The position numbers and the translations under genes are program-made. The notes beneath the pieces were generated by a model. It searched no databases. It was not told the origin of the DNA and saw only the letters and a program-made list of their open reading frames with translations. This document shows positions 1 to 10,019 of a DNA stretch of 64,000 nucleotides, piece after piece; positions within the stretch are counted from its first letter, which is position 1; each line of letters begins with the position of its first letter. This stretch comes from Candidatus Marinacidobacterales bacterium (GTDB taxonomy: Bacteria > Acidobacteriota > Vicinamibacteria > Marinacidobacterales > SMYC01). Location: positions 2,126,092-2,190,091 of the forward strand of contig OZ240210.1 of NCBI GenBank assembly GCA_965197495.1. Reading direction: 5' to 3'.

Positions 1-356
1 TGAAATCCATCATCATTAAACACCTGCTTCGCTTGAATCAGAGGGAAAGGTCGCCCTGGACCGCGGCGCTGGCTCCCATCGTACTTTGCCGCGATAAGCT
101 CTCTATACCAACGCAACAACGTGTCGGGCGTCACGAGCTCGGCGATTTCCTTCAGGTTCTCCCGGCACAACGCCTTCGCCTTCGCTGCCAGACATCGACG
201 CTGGTCATCGGTGAAACGTAGACGAGCGCCGAGCTGCTCCCGGAGAACTCGATTCTCTTCCTTCAGGTATTCGATTGCATCCTGCTGGGACCGGTTGACC
301 CACCCGGCGAAGGTCAACGCGAGGAACTGCCATAGGTAAGGCTGCATAGGCCGCAT
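1..356 (-). mobile_element. Partial IS transposase, N-terminal helix-turn-helix region (IS481/IS3-superfamily-like); ORF runs off the window start
   Basis: Hand translation of the minus strand from ATG at 354-356 gives [103 protein letters not shown]..., with no stop before position 1. The ...[20 protein letters not shown]... pattern is the typical N-terminus of integrase-core-type transposases as I recall it. The ORF is absent from the track because it leaves the window. Confidence 0.5.
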
Positions 357-362
357 TCTAGC

Positions 363-2480
363 CTAGAGGGCAAGGAGGCGGATGCCCGCACGGACATCTT
401 CGCTTTCGGGAGTCTGCTCTACGAGATGGTCACCGGGAAGAAGGTGTTCGACGGAAAGAGTCAGGCGAGCTTGATCTCGGCAATTATGTCCGTCGATCCG
501 CAGCCCCTGTCTGAGCTTCAGCCCCGGTCGCCCCTGGCGCTCGATCGCGTGGTCAACAAGTGTCTTGCCAAGGATGGGGACGACAGGTGGCAGAGCGCCC
601 TCGATCTGCGTGACGAGCTGCAATGGATCCGCGGCAGCTTACAACAGGCCGGCGTCCAGCCGGCGGATGCGATTCGTGCTAAGAAACGAGAGCGGCTTGC
701 CTGGGTTGCTGCCTTAATTACGATTGCCATCGTGGCCGGCATGGCCGTCTGGGGTCTGATGCTCCACTCACCGGAGCCGCCACGGCCCATCAAGCGGTTC
801 GCCATTCCCCTTCCTCCGGACGTAGCTTTACCCGCTGGCTTGGGCAGTTACCTGGCCCTCTCGCCCGATGGCACCAAGCTGGCGTTTGTTGGCGATCGCG
901 GCGGAGTCCTGCAGCTATTTCTGCGTTCCATAGAGCAGGGGGATACCCGGGCGATGCCAGGCACGGAAGGTGCTCGACACCCCGCGTTCTCGCCTGACGG
1001 AGACACCATCGCGTTTGATGTCAAGGGGCAACTTTTCAAGGTCTCCCTTGCCGGGGGGCCCCCGGTGGCCCTGGCTGACGCTGGCACCTATCCCACCTGG
1101 GGCCCGGATGGCAGCCTCTTTTTCCAGAGCGGTCTTTTCTGGCGGATCCCGGCGAACGGAGGTGAGCTGGAGGCGGTCATCGGCTCGACGGACCAGAGGT
1201 CAGGGCCGGGCAGCGGCCGAAGGTTTTGCCGAACGGCAAAGCGCTGTTTTTCGAGCGACGCGAGGGTAATAGCCTCGACCCGGGTGGGTCCCAGCAGGAT
1301 CGCACCGTGAAGGTGCTGTCTCTTGAAACGGGCGAGCAGCGTTCGCTGGTCACCTGGGGCAGCAACCCTCATTATGCCTCGAGCGGCCACATCCTCTTTG
1401 CCCGGGCCGGGTCACTCGTTCGCCGTTCCCTTCGACGCGGAGCGGCTTCAAGTCACTGGCCCGGCCACTCCCGTCCTCCAGGACATCTGGATAGAGGAAG
1501 GCGGTGCGGCTCAGTTCACGGTCGCGAGCGACGGCTCCTTGGTCTATGCAAGACAAAGCGCACGTGCACTCGATGGCACGCTCGTCAGAGTCGATCGTCA
1601 AGGAAAGGCCCGCGCCATCACCGAAAAGAGGCATCGATTTCGCCACCCTCGCCTTTCACCGGATGGCCGTCACGTTGCCGTCACGATCACGGACTCCAAT
1701 GGCTCCAACCTCTGGATTCAGGAAATCGACCGGGATATTTTGACTCGGCTGACATTCGAGGGTTCTAGCTCAATCCCGATTTGGAGCCCCGACGGCCTGC
1801 GGCTTGCGTTCTTCAATTCCAACAGGGCGGGGGCTGCTAGTGTCTTGGTGAAGTCCGCGGGCGGAGGAGGTGAGGTGGAAACAGCTCTCGAGCTCGCGAG
1901 CGGTGGGGCCTCTCCCTCTTCGTGGTCATCCGACGGTCGTGTCATGATTTTCACCGACTCCCCCCTTCTGGACATCACCCTGCTCCGCCTGGACGGGGAC
2001 GGCAAGCCAGAACCGCTCCTAGGAACGAGGTTCAACGAACTTCAGGCGGCGCTCTCGCCGGGCGACCGTTGGCTCGCCTACACGTCGGATGAGGCTGGCC
2101 ACAGCGAGGTTTTCGTCGTCCCTTTCCCCGAGGTGAGCCCCAAGCGGCAGATCTCGACCGAAGGAGGCACGGAGCCCATGTGGGCGCGGGGCGGACGCGA
2201 GCTTTTCTATCGCAACGGAGACAAGATGATGGCGGTGGCTATCGACACGGAGCCCGAGCTGTCCTCCGCCAAGCCGGTTCTTCTCTTCGAAGGACCCTAT
2301 GCGCAGGATACATTTCTGACTCCCTCCTTCGATACGCCAACCCTGACGAATTACGATGTCGCCCCGGACGGCGAGGGTTTCATCATGATCCAGCAAGAAG
2401 AACGCGGCGGCTCACGCGCAGAGCTGGAAGTCGTGCTCAACTGGTTCGAAGAGCTCAAGCGTCTGGTCCCCGCCAACTAG
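363..2480 (+). pseudogene. Ser/Thr protein kinase (C-lobe only) - TM helix - TolB-like WD40-like beta-propeller fusion; 5'-truncated at the transposase junction and carrying at least two frameshifts
   Basis: Frame 0 from 363 reads LEGKEADARTDIFAFGSLLYEMVTGKKVF..., i.e. kinase subdomains VIII/IX onward, with no N-lobe. A TM segment (LAWVAALITIAIVAGMAVWGLML) is followed by TolB-type repeats (LSPDGTKLAFV, FSPDGDTIAF, LPNGKALFF, SGHILFAR, LSPDGRHVAV, WSPDGLRLAF). The protein is spread over three track ORFs: 426..1310 (frame 0), 1226..1768 (frame 2) and 1323..2480 (frame 0). Frame switches occur near 1200 and near 1410. Confidence 0.7.
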
Positions 2481-2670
2481 CATGGCTCCCCAACATCAAG
2501 CCCATCCGCCCGGTTGTAGAGAATCGCCTCTGCGGTGCGCGAGCGGGTCCACGCGCGAGGGAAACTAAACCACCCCTCGATTCGCAACCGGGACGGCATC
2601 GACCGGGATCGAACGGCACCTTCGGCCCGCTCGAGTGGTTTGGCGCCAAGAATTCGGAGCCCCCACACAA

Positions 2671-2717
2671 TTCCCTGGATTTATAAACTTCCCTAGGATA
2701 TATACACTTCCCTGGGA
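2671..2717. promoter_or_regulatory. Three direct repeats of TTCCCTRGGA (2671, 2689, 2708) at 18-19 bp spacing, immediately upstream of the NHL gene
   Basis: Direct reading shows ttccctggat...ttccctagga...ttccctggga. The middle copy contains the palindrome TCCTAGGA. The block lies -82 to -36 from the ATG at 2753, upstream of the RBS-like gaaggagg at 2739-2746. A two-copy version recurs in inverted orientation at 19525-19552. Confidence 0.4.
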
Positions 2718-2752
2718 TATTAAGGTAACTGCAAGACGGGAAGGAGGTCACC

Positions 2753-3895
2753 ATGAATTTGCGGATTTGGGGTGGGGCGGTAGCCCTGGGCCTGACGGCG
2801 GCCATGTGCGCCCCGGCACCCGATCAACAAGGCCAAGTCGAGGTACAGCAATCCCCGGCCGAAGTTTATGAGAAGGGTGGTGAAGATTTAACGGGCCCGT
2901 ATGAAGTCGTGGAGGACTGGCCACAGCCTCTACCAGACCACGAGGGGTGGACCTGGGGGTCGACGGCGGGCATCTTTGCCGAAACGCCGGACAAAATCTT
3001 CATCCTTCAGCGTGGCGAGCTACCAGTTCTGCCTCCTGGCACTTCACAGCGAACGGCCACTACCGCGGAACCACGCTGGGAGCATTGCGTGCTTGTGGTC
3101 GATGGGAACGGGAAGCTGATCGACACGTGGACACAGCATGACGAGCTCTTCTACAGGGGTCACAAGATCCTGATCAGCCCCTACGATCCTGACAAGCATG
3201 TTTGGATAATCTCGGCAGGACTGGCGCCTGCGTCGACGGAGGGCAACCATCAAATCTTCAAATTCACCAATGACGGCGAGGAACTGGTGATGACCCTGGG
3301 CGAGGGCAGCGCCGGCAACGATGAAAGCCATTTCGCAGGGCCGACCGACATCGCCTGGCTGCCCGACGGCACGTTTTTCGTAACCGACGGCTACATCAAC
3401 AGGCGGGTGGTCAAGTTCTCAAAGGACGGCGAGTATCTCATGGAGTGGGGCGAGCCCGGTACGGGTCCCGGCGAGTTCGACCTGCTCCATGGTATTGCCA
3501 TCGATAATCAGCGTCGCGTGTACGTATCCGACCGCTCGAACCGCCGGGTCCAGATTTTTGACGAGAACGGAAACTACCTCGACGAATGGCCCAACCTCCG
3601 CTCCCCGTTCCATCTCTACGTGACTGCAGACCAACACCTTTGGGTTGCCGACGGCGCCACCCACAGGATATTGAAGTACGACCTAAACGGGAAGCTTCTA
3701 GACTCCTGGGGGACCTCTGGAAGGTTCCCGGGCGCGCTTGGGGGTGTCCATCAGATCAGCGTGGATCAGGACGGCAATCTGTACGTCGCAGAAGTGAACA
3801 ACGGAAGGGCTCAGAAGTTTCGACCGAGGCCGGGTGCGGATCATGGAAGGCTTGTAGGGCAACCGTTACGATTCGCGGCGACCAGTTCCAACTAA
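2753..3895 (+). CDS. Secreted NHL-repeat six-bladed beta-propeller protein
   Basis: There is a signal-peptide-like N-terminus (MNLRIWGGAVALGLTAAMCAP). Repeated NHL-type blades are present (YVSDRSNRRVQIFDENGNYLDEW, LWVADGATHRILKYDLNGKLL, LYVAEVNNGRAQKF). Confidence 0.8.
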   Translation: MNLRIWGGAVALGLTAAMCAPAPDQQGQVEVQQSPAEVYEKGGEDLTGPYEVVEDWPQPLPDHEGWTWGSTAGIFAETPDKIFILQRGELPVLPPGTSQRTATTAEPRWEHCVLVVDGNGKLIDTWTQHDELFYRGHKILISPYDPDKHVWIISAGLAPASTEGNHQIFKFTNDGEELVMTLGEGSAGNDESHFAGPTDIAWLPDGTFFVTDGYINRRVVKFSKDGEYLMEWGEPGTGPGEFDLLHGIAIDNQRRVYVSDRSNRRVQIFDENGNYLDEWPNLRSPFHLYVTADQHLWVADGATHRILKYDLNGKLLDSWGTSGRFPGALGGVHQISVDQDGNLYVAEVNNGRAQKFRPRPGADHGRLVGQPLRFAATSSN

Positions 3896-3945
3896 CGTCA
3901 TCGGCAGGAGAGACGAAAACGGGCGGGGCCGGCTCCCAACAGGCC

Positions 3946-5793
3946 TCAACACGACACGCACTTGTTCGAGTTCTTCGAGCCCAGCTTCATCAACAGGGCC
4001 ACCGTCTCGGGGAATGGTTGAATGCGTTGCGCCGGGCCATTTGCCATGTCCGCGGTGGTCTGCCCCCTCCGGCTCACCACGGTCGCATCGGCACCCTTCG
4101 ACACGAGATAGAGGATCATTTCATTGTCTCCCCTGGCCGCGGCGTTGTGGAGCGGCCTGTAGCCCTCGTGGTCCGCGGCGTTCACATCAGCGCCATGCTC
4201 CTCGACGAGGTATTTGACCGCCAGGAGTTGGCCTCCGGGAGCGAACCGGTGGGAGTTCGCGGAGAAGCCCTTGCCGTAGCCGACGCCCGCGGCCGCCTGC
4301 AGCGGCGTCACCGACGGCCCGCCGACCGGAACCGGGGGCAGCCCGGAGGGATCCTTCTTCTCCTGGTCCCGGGTTGGGCGCCGTGGCTTCGGCTTCTTGG
4401 TGGGGATGTTCGGATCGGCGCCGTGGGCCACTAACAGGCGCATGGCGTCGACATCGGCGGCATAGGCGGCGCGCCAAAACGGCGTCGCACCTTGTTCGTT
4501 CACACTCGACTTGTCGCGGTTGTACCCGGAGTACCACACCTTCTTCGTCAGACGCACGTTCGGGTCCGCTCCCGCGTCCAGTAGCGCCTGCATCAGATCC
4601 AAGTGCGACATCTTCTGCTGCAAATGGGCTCTGGGCTGCGGATAGAACGACTTGGGGGCCCACTGCACGTTCACGGCGCCATAGAGCGGCGTGGCCCCAT
4701 TGATCTCGCTGGCAAGGTTCGGATCCGCACCGTGATCGAGCAGGAACTTGGCCACGTCGAAGTGCCCGTTAATGGTGGCAATGAGCAGGGGGCTGGTTTT
4801 GTCCCCGGCGCTCACCTCGTTGACATCAGCGCCCACCTCGAAAAGGGATTCCACGGCCGCCTGGTGGCCTTGACGAGCCGCGAGGAGAAGGGCCGTCATA
4901 CCGCCCTGGACGCCGACGAGGTCACCAAATGTTTCCCGATAGAACACCGGACCCGGGCGGACTTGCTGTTCCTTTTTCTCGCCAACGCCCGGGAGCCATC
5001 CGAAGAGCTTGGAGACGATATTCGAGCCACCCTTCTCCCCCTCGTTCTGCGCTACCCCCTGGGCCTTTGTCGCCCCTGCTGCAGTTTTGCGCTCCTCCTC
5101 ACGTTCACGACGAGCAGCCTCGTGCGCTGTTTCCAGCGACCCTACGTCCACCACGTTCGATGCAAGGGTGGCGTCCGCACCGTGCTGCATCAGTACGTCG
5201 ATCGCTTTGGAACGATTGTAGACCGCCGCGAACATCAACGCCGTCCGTCCTTTCACCTCCGTCGCATTCACCTCCACGCCGTGATCCAGGAGGACCCTGA
5301 CGGCATCGGGGCTCCCCGAGACCGCCGCCAACATGAGAGGGGTCGTTCCCATGGTAGTCGTGGAGTTGGCTTCGGCCGACGCCTTCAAGAGCATCTCGAC
5401 CATCAAGGCGTTTCCGCTCTTGCTGGCCAACAACACTGGAGTGTAGGCGCCAAGACGCGTCGCCGCTTTGACGTTGGCCCCGGCGTAAAGCAGCATCTCG
5501 GCCATTTCGACATCTTCGTTCATTGCGGCCCAGTGAAGCGCCGTCATGCCATCACCCTGGGCCGCATTTACATCGACGCCCTGCTTCAGGAGTGTTCGTA
5601 CCGTGACTCGCTCACTCCGCATGGCCGCAGCGGTAATGGGGGAGTCATCACTACTTGGGGCGCCTTGGGAGTGATGAGGTACTGCCGCGAGCACCGTCGT
5701 CAAACATGCAACAACCGCGCTCGAAGCATAATTTACGCTCGCGCAAGGGCCGTTTCCTTTTTTCCTTCCCAACATGAGTCGCGCCGCCGCCAT
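3946..5793 (-). CDS. Secreted ankyrin-repeat protein (about 10 or more ANK repeats)
   Basis: Repeated ANK motifs are present (G.TALHWAA..., TPLMLAA..G..D.V..LL.HGA.VN, etc.). The N-terminus carries a hydrophobic signal-like segment. Confidence 0.85.
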   Translation of the reverse strand: MAAARLMLGRKKGNGPCASVNYASSAVVACLTTVLAAVPHHSQGAPSSDDSPITAAAMRSERVTVRTLLKQGVDVNAAQGDGMTALHWAAMNEDVEMAEMLLYAGANVKAATRLGAYTPVLLASKSGNALMVEMLLKASAEANSTTTMGTTPLMLAAVSGSPDAVRVLLDHGVEVNATEVKGRTALMFAAVYNRSKAIDVLMQHGADATLASNVVDVGSLETAHEAARREREEERKTAAGATKAQGVAQNEGEKGGSNIVSKLFGWLPGVGEKKEQQVRPGPVFYRETFGDLVGVQGGMTALLLAARQGHQAAVESLFEVGADVNEVSAGDKTSPLLIATINGHFDVAKFLLDHGADPNLASEINGATPLYGAVNVQWAPKSFYPQPRAHLQQKMSHLDLMQALLDAGADPNVRLTKKVWYSGYNRDKSSVNEQGATPFWRAAYAADVDAMRLLVAHGADPNIPTKKPKPRRPTRDQEKKDPSGLPPVPVGGPSVTPLQAAAGVGYGKGFSANSHRFAPGGQLLAVKYLVEEHGADVNAADHEGYRPLHNAAARGDNEMILYLVSKGADATVVSRRGQTTADMANGPAQRIQPFPETVALLMKLGSKNSNKCVSC

Positions 5794-5798
5794 TTCCG

Positions 5799-7172
5799 TC
5801 AGATGGCCATCTCCCCGGTGCTGTCGCCAAAGCCCTCGAGCTCGTCTAGTCCGAGTCGGCGCAGTACGGTCAACAATGTGTTTGCCATAGGCGTTCCATC
5901 CGCGGCTTTGACGTGGAGGTTGCCCTTGAAGTGGCCATTGCCGTGGCCAGCCAAAAAGAGCGGACAGCGCTTGTGATTGTGAACGTGCGGGTTGCCCATG
6001 GGAGAGCCGTACAGGATGAGCGTCTTTTCCAAGAGATTCGATTCGCCCTCGCTCGTGTCGCGCAACCTCTCGAGGAAGTACGGGATGGTGCCCACGTGGT
6101 ACCGGTTGATCTTCGCGAACTCCTCGATCCGCTCCTCTCGCTCGCCGTGATGCGAGGCCGGGTGGAACCCCGTATTGACACCGCTCTCCGGGTAGACGCG
6201 GCCCGAAACGTCACGCCCCATCTTGAACGAGACCACCCGGGTAATGTCCGACGCGAACGCGGCCGCCTGCAGGTCGAACATCAATTTGACGTGCTCGTCG
6301 AATGAGTCCGGCACGCCAATGGGCGCATCCGGTAACTCTCTCTCCTCGCCGCTCGCGTTTTGTGCCTCGATCCTCTGGATTCGCCGCTCGATCTCGCGAA
6401 TGTTCTCGAGATAATCGTCGAGCCGGTTGCGGTCGGCCGGCTCCAGGTCGTTCTTCAAACTAGCCACCTGGTTGGTGACATAGTCAAGAATGCTGCGATC
6501 GGTTCGGCGCCTGGCTGCCCGCTCTTCAGCCGTTCCGCCGGAGCCGAACATCTGGTCGAAAACGACCCGGGGGTTCCTGATCATCGGGAGCGGATCGGTC
6601 GGCGACCCCCAGCTGATCGCGTCCGTGTAGGTGCAGGCATAACCGTATTGGCATCCGCCCGCCTGGTTCACGTTCTCGATCGCGAGCTGCATCGACGGAA
6701 TGGGCGTGTCCTGACCGAACCGCCGGGCGTAGAGCTGATCCATCGACGTCCCAACGTGGACGTCCGAGCCTTCCGTCTGCTTCGGGTGGGACTGGGTCAG
6801 GAACACCGCGCTCGAGCGGAAATGGTCGCCGCCTATCTCGGGCAGCGTGAAGGCCTCGGCGTTGCGTACGTCCGTGTTGCTGACGATCGTCAGGTAATCC
6901 CGAAACGGATCGAGCGGACTCAAGCTGCTCGGGCTGAGGTCGAACGCACTGCCTTCGGCCGCCGGCGCCCACAGGTTCTTTTCTATCCCGTATTTGGTGC
7001 TGCCGGCCGAACCGTGGACCATTTCGATGCACACCAGGCGAGCCGGGTCAGCTGTCGACTTGCCAAACGCGCGCCGGGCCGGCACCATGGCTTCGAGCAA
7101 CGGCAGGGCCACTGCCGTGCCTATGCCCCGAAGTATCGTGCGGCGAGAGATATGCTTGTTAGTGATGTACAT
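5799..7172 (-). CDS. DUF1552-family protein with a Tat-type signal
   Basis: The N-terminus reads SRRTILRGIGTAVALPLL (twin-arginine motif). The characteristic HxxSHH motif is present (FHPASHHGEREE). The overall length and composition are typical of PF07586 as I recall it. Confidence 0.8.
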   Translation of the reverse strand: MYITNKHISRRTILRGIGTAVALPLLEAMVPARRAFGKSTADPARLVCIEMVHGSAGSTKYGIEKNLWAPAAEGSAFDLSPSSLSPLDPFRDYLTIVSNTDVRNAEAFTLPEIGGDHFRSSAVFLTQSHPKQTEGSDVHVGTSMDQLYARRFGQDTPIPSMQLAIENVNQAGGCQYGYACTYTDAISWGSPTDPLPMIRNPRVVFDQMFGSGGTAEERAARRRTDRSILDYVTNQVASLKNDLEPADRNRLDDYLENIREIERRIQRIEAQNASGEERELPDAPIGVPDSFDEHVKLMFDLQAAAFASDITRVVSFKMGRDVSGRVYPESGVNTGFHPASHHGEREERIEEFAKINRYHVGTIPYFLERLRDTSEGESNLLEKTLILYGSPMGNPHVHNHKRCPLFLAGHGNGHFKGNLHVKAADGTPMANTLLTVLRRLGLDELEGFGDSTGEMAI

Positions 7173-7204
7173 TCTTTTTAGGCCTTCTGGAGCCGGCTCG
7201 TATT

Positions 7205-9652
7205 CTAAGGTGGACCCGATTCACCCGCCTCCGTGATCTCTCCGGTGTTTTCCGACTTCTTCATCTGGAACGCCACGCTGTTCACGATGCCAAAAATGAA
7301 AGAGGACATGCGGTTGCCGTTGTGCGCGGCCTCGAGAGCGATCGCACGCACCGCGGGCATGTCATAGTACTCGACTCTCCGCCCCAGCGCATAGGTCATG
7401 AGGCTTTCGGTGAAGCTCGTGATAAAAGTGTCGGAACGGTTCACAAGCGCCAGCCGCAAGCCGGCTGGACCGTCCATCTGCGTTCCGTCATAAAGCTGGC
7501 CGGTCGCCTCGATGGCAACCCCGTTGTCCTTGATGCGCCACGCGCCGGTCACGTCAAAGTTCTCGAGCGCCAAGCCGAGCGGGTCGATCACATCGTGACA
7601 GGATTGGCAGGCGGGATTCGAGCGATGCTGCTCCATCCGCTCCCGCACCGAGAGCAGCTTGCCAGCCGCAGCGGCTTGTGTTTCTTCGAGCTCCGGCACG
7701 TTGGGCGGCGGCGGCGGCGGGGGGCTTCCGAGCAGGACTTCCAGGACCCACTTGCCTCGCTGCACCGGAGAGGTCCTGTTGGCGACGGACGTCAGCGTCA
7801 AAATGCTGCCGTGGCCCAGTAAGCCTCTCCGATTATCGCCTTCGAGCGTAACGCGGCGGAATCGGTGTCCGGTGACATTCGGAATCCGGTAGTGCTTGGC
7901 AATACGCTCGTTAACAAACGTGTAGTCGGCAGTCAGCAGCTCGAGCACGCTCCGGTCTTCTCGAATGAGATTGCCGAAGAACAACTCCGTCTCACGCCGC
8001 AAGGCCTCGGCGAGCTTCTGGTCGTACTGCGGATACAGCAACGCATCCGGGTGCAACCCCTCGAGGTCGTGCAAACGCAGCCACTGTGCGGCGAATCTCG
8101 TGGCCAGTGCCTCCGAGCGCGGGTCGGCTAGCATGCGCTGCACTTGGCTCTCGAGCACCGCCGGATCTTGCAGGGCCCCCTGACGGGCGAGCGTCGTAAG
8201 CTCCGCGTCCGGAGCGCTGGCCCAGAGGAAATACGACAGCCGGGACGCCAGCTCCAGGTCCCCGACGCGATAGATCCCGCTTCCGTCCACAACGTCCGGC
8301 CTGTGCTCGACTCGGAACACGAAGTGCGGACTTGCCAGAGTCGCCTGCAAAGCCATCCTGATTCCAGTCTCGAAGTCTCCTTCCTTTACACCAGCCTGGT
8401 AGAAGGACATCAAGCCTTCGAGATCCAGCTCGCTCACCGGTCCCCGGAACGCTTGGCTCGCCAGTCGAGAAACGATCTCTGTGGCGCAAAGCCGCTCGTC
8501 GGCGGCGGAAGTCGGCCGGCAAGTGAAAATCTGGCGGCGGCTAGGCGTATCCGACACCCCAGTCATGTTGTATGGGCCGTTGACGCTGAGAAACGCCAGG
8601 TGGGGCAGGGACGTAATACCAAACGCCCTACCGATCGTGCTGTCGGCAAGGGTGTGCTCGATCGGAGCGATCAGATCGTCGCCCGGTCCCTCGAATCTTT
8701 GAATGAAGTTGGCGGAGACCCGCTGCGGTCCTGTCTTCACGGTGATGGGATCGGTTTGCAGTATCAAGCCGACGGCGTCCGTCTCCGACATCAAAGGATC
8801 GATGTCCAAAAGAACCACCCGCTCTCCGTTAATCGAGACCTCGATCTGCTCGGTGTTGCCCGCCGTCAACCCGAAGAGCACGCCCTCTGGTGTTCCATGG
8901 AGCTGTATTTTGAAGATGTACTGGCCATCTGCCGTGAAGTTGTGGACGACGGAGAGCCCGCCGCGCGTCCCCATCGGCGCACCTTCGACGTGCTCCATTT
9001 GCGAGGCCGTCCGCGGGACCGTGTAGGTCGTCTCAATCGGGCCCGCTTCCGGATCGCCCACGGCCAGCCGGCTGATGCTACGGGCCGCGCGCATATATCC
9101 TTCCATCAGAGTCGCAGACATGGTCTGGACATCGGCGATGTTGTCGAAACTGTGGCTCACCGTGTCGGGCGGCAGAAACGTCGCGACGTCCACCTCGACC
9201 GCGAGCAGGTCACGGATCGAGCGGGCATACTCGACCCGATTGAGACGCTGGAAGGTCCGGCTGCCGGGATTCGGGCTGGCGTCGGCCGCCTCGTCGATCA
9301 GCGCCGCCAGCGACCGAGCGAGGGCCTCTCGGGTCCCGGGTTCCGGCTGCGGCGCGTAATTCGGGGGCATCATGCCAGCCTGCAGTTTGCGTATCATCTT
9401 CTCCGCCACTTCCGCGTTCTGATCGGGGTGCGCCACATCAAACGACTCGAGAGTTAGACCTCCCGTCATCGATGTGTCGCTGTGGCAGACGAGGCAGTAC
9501 TCTCGGATCACCGCATTCGGCGATTCGGGAGAGAACGTGCCCGCCGCCTGCCCGCCGGTCACGGCTGGCTCTGCTGCTCGGGCGAGTCCGTCAGGAGCCA
9601 GTCCCAGACACAAAAGCCCAGCGCCCAGGAAAGCAAAAGTGAATTGCTTCAT
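7205..9652 (-). CDS. Multi-domain PSD-type protein with an N-terminal CxxCH haem-binding motif, the usual partner of DUF1552
   Basis: A signal peptide is present (MKQFTFAFLGAGLLCLGLA). The sequence IREYCLVCHSD contains CxxCH. The length is about 815 aa. The gene lies immediately downstream, on the same strand, of DUF1552 (33-bp gap), matching the DUF1587/1592/1595/1588/1585 + DUF1552 pairing known from PVC-type genomes. Confidence 0.8.
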   Translation of the reverse strand: MKQFTFAFLGAGLLCLGLAPDGLARAAEPAVTGGQAAGTFSPESPNAVIREYCLVCHSDTSMTGGLTLESFDVAHPDQNAEVAEKMIRKLQAGMMPPNYAPQPEPGTREALARSLAALIDEAADASPNPGSRTFQRLNRVEYARSIRDLLAVEVDVATFLPPDTVSHSFDNIADVQTMSATLMEGYMRAARSISRLAVGDPEAGPIETTYTVPRTASQMEHVEGAPMGTRGGLSVVHNFTADGQYIFKIQLHGTPEGVLFGLTAGNTEQIEVSINGERVVLLDIDPLMSETDAVGLILQTDPITVKTGPQRVSANFIQRFEGPGDDLIAPIEHTLADSTIGRAFGITSLPHLAFLSVNGPYNMTGVSDTPSRRQIFTCRPTSAADERLCATEIVSRLASQAFRGPVSELDLEGLMSFYQAGVKEGDFETGIRMALQATLASPHFVFRVEHRPDVVDGSGIYRVGDLELASRLSYFLWASAPDAELTTLARQGALQDPAVLESQVQRMLADPRSEALATRFAAQWLRLHDLEGLHPDALLYPQYDQKLAEALRRETELFFGNLIREDRSVLELLTADYTFVNERIAKHYRIPNVTGHRFRRVTLEGDNRRGLLGHGSILTLTSVANRTSPVQRGKWVLEVLLGSPPPPPPPNVPELEETQAAAAGKLLSVRERMEQHRSNPACQSCHDVIDPLGLALENFDVTGAWRIKDNGVAIEATGQLYDGTQMDGPAGLRLALVNRSDTFITSFTESLMTYALGRRVEYYDMPAVRAIALEAAHNGNRMSSFIFGIVNSVAFQMKKSENTGEITEAGESGPP

Positions 9653-10019
9653 TTTTCAGCTCGAAAGAACTTAATTTCCCACGGCAACAGCCACACATAG
9701 CATTGCATTCTCCCGCGATGGGGTCAAGCTCATTCTGTGGCCCGGCGCGCCAAACGCACGTATCGCCAGGCTGCGCAGGCGCTCGAGCTCCTCGGCGTCG
9801 AGTAGCTGGTCCTGCTCCTTCCAGTCTGGGCAAATCTTTCAGCTGGGGTTTGGAAGAAGTCTGGGAAGGTATCGACGTGATCCTCGACCGATGAGTTCGT
9901 CGGCAAGGTGCGCTGCGTCCTTATGGTGTCTCGCTAACGTAGGTAGTTTTTGGCAGATATTTATGTTATGAACAGCACTCGCTCGATGGAGTATTTACCC
10001 CGCAGCAAAGGGTTCGCTC

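Noticed and set aside
1323-2480. Stand-alone TolB-like gene
   Set aside because: It has no independent start context. It continues the beta-propeller of the upstream kinase-TolB ORFs across frameshifts, so it is part of the same pseudogene.
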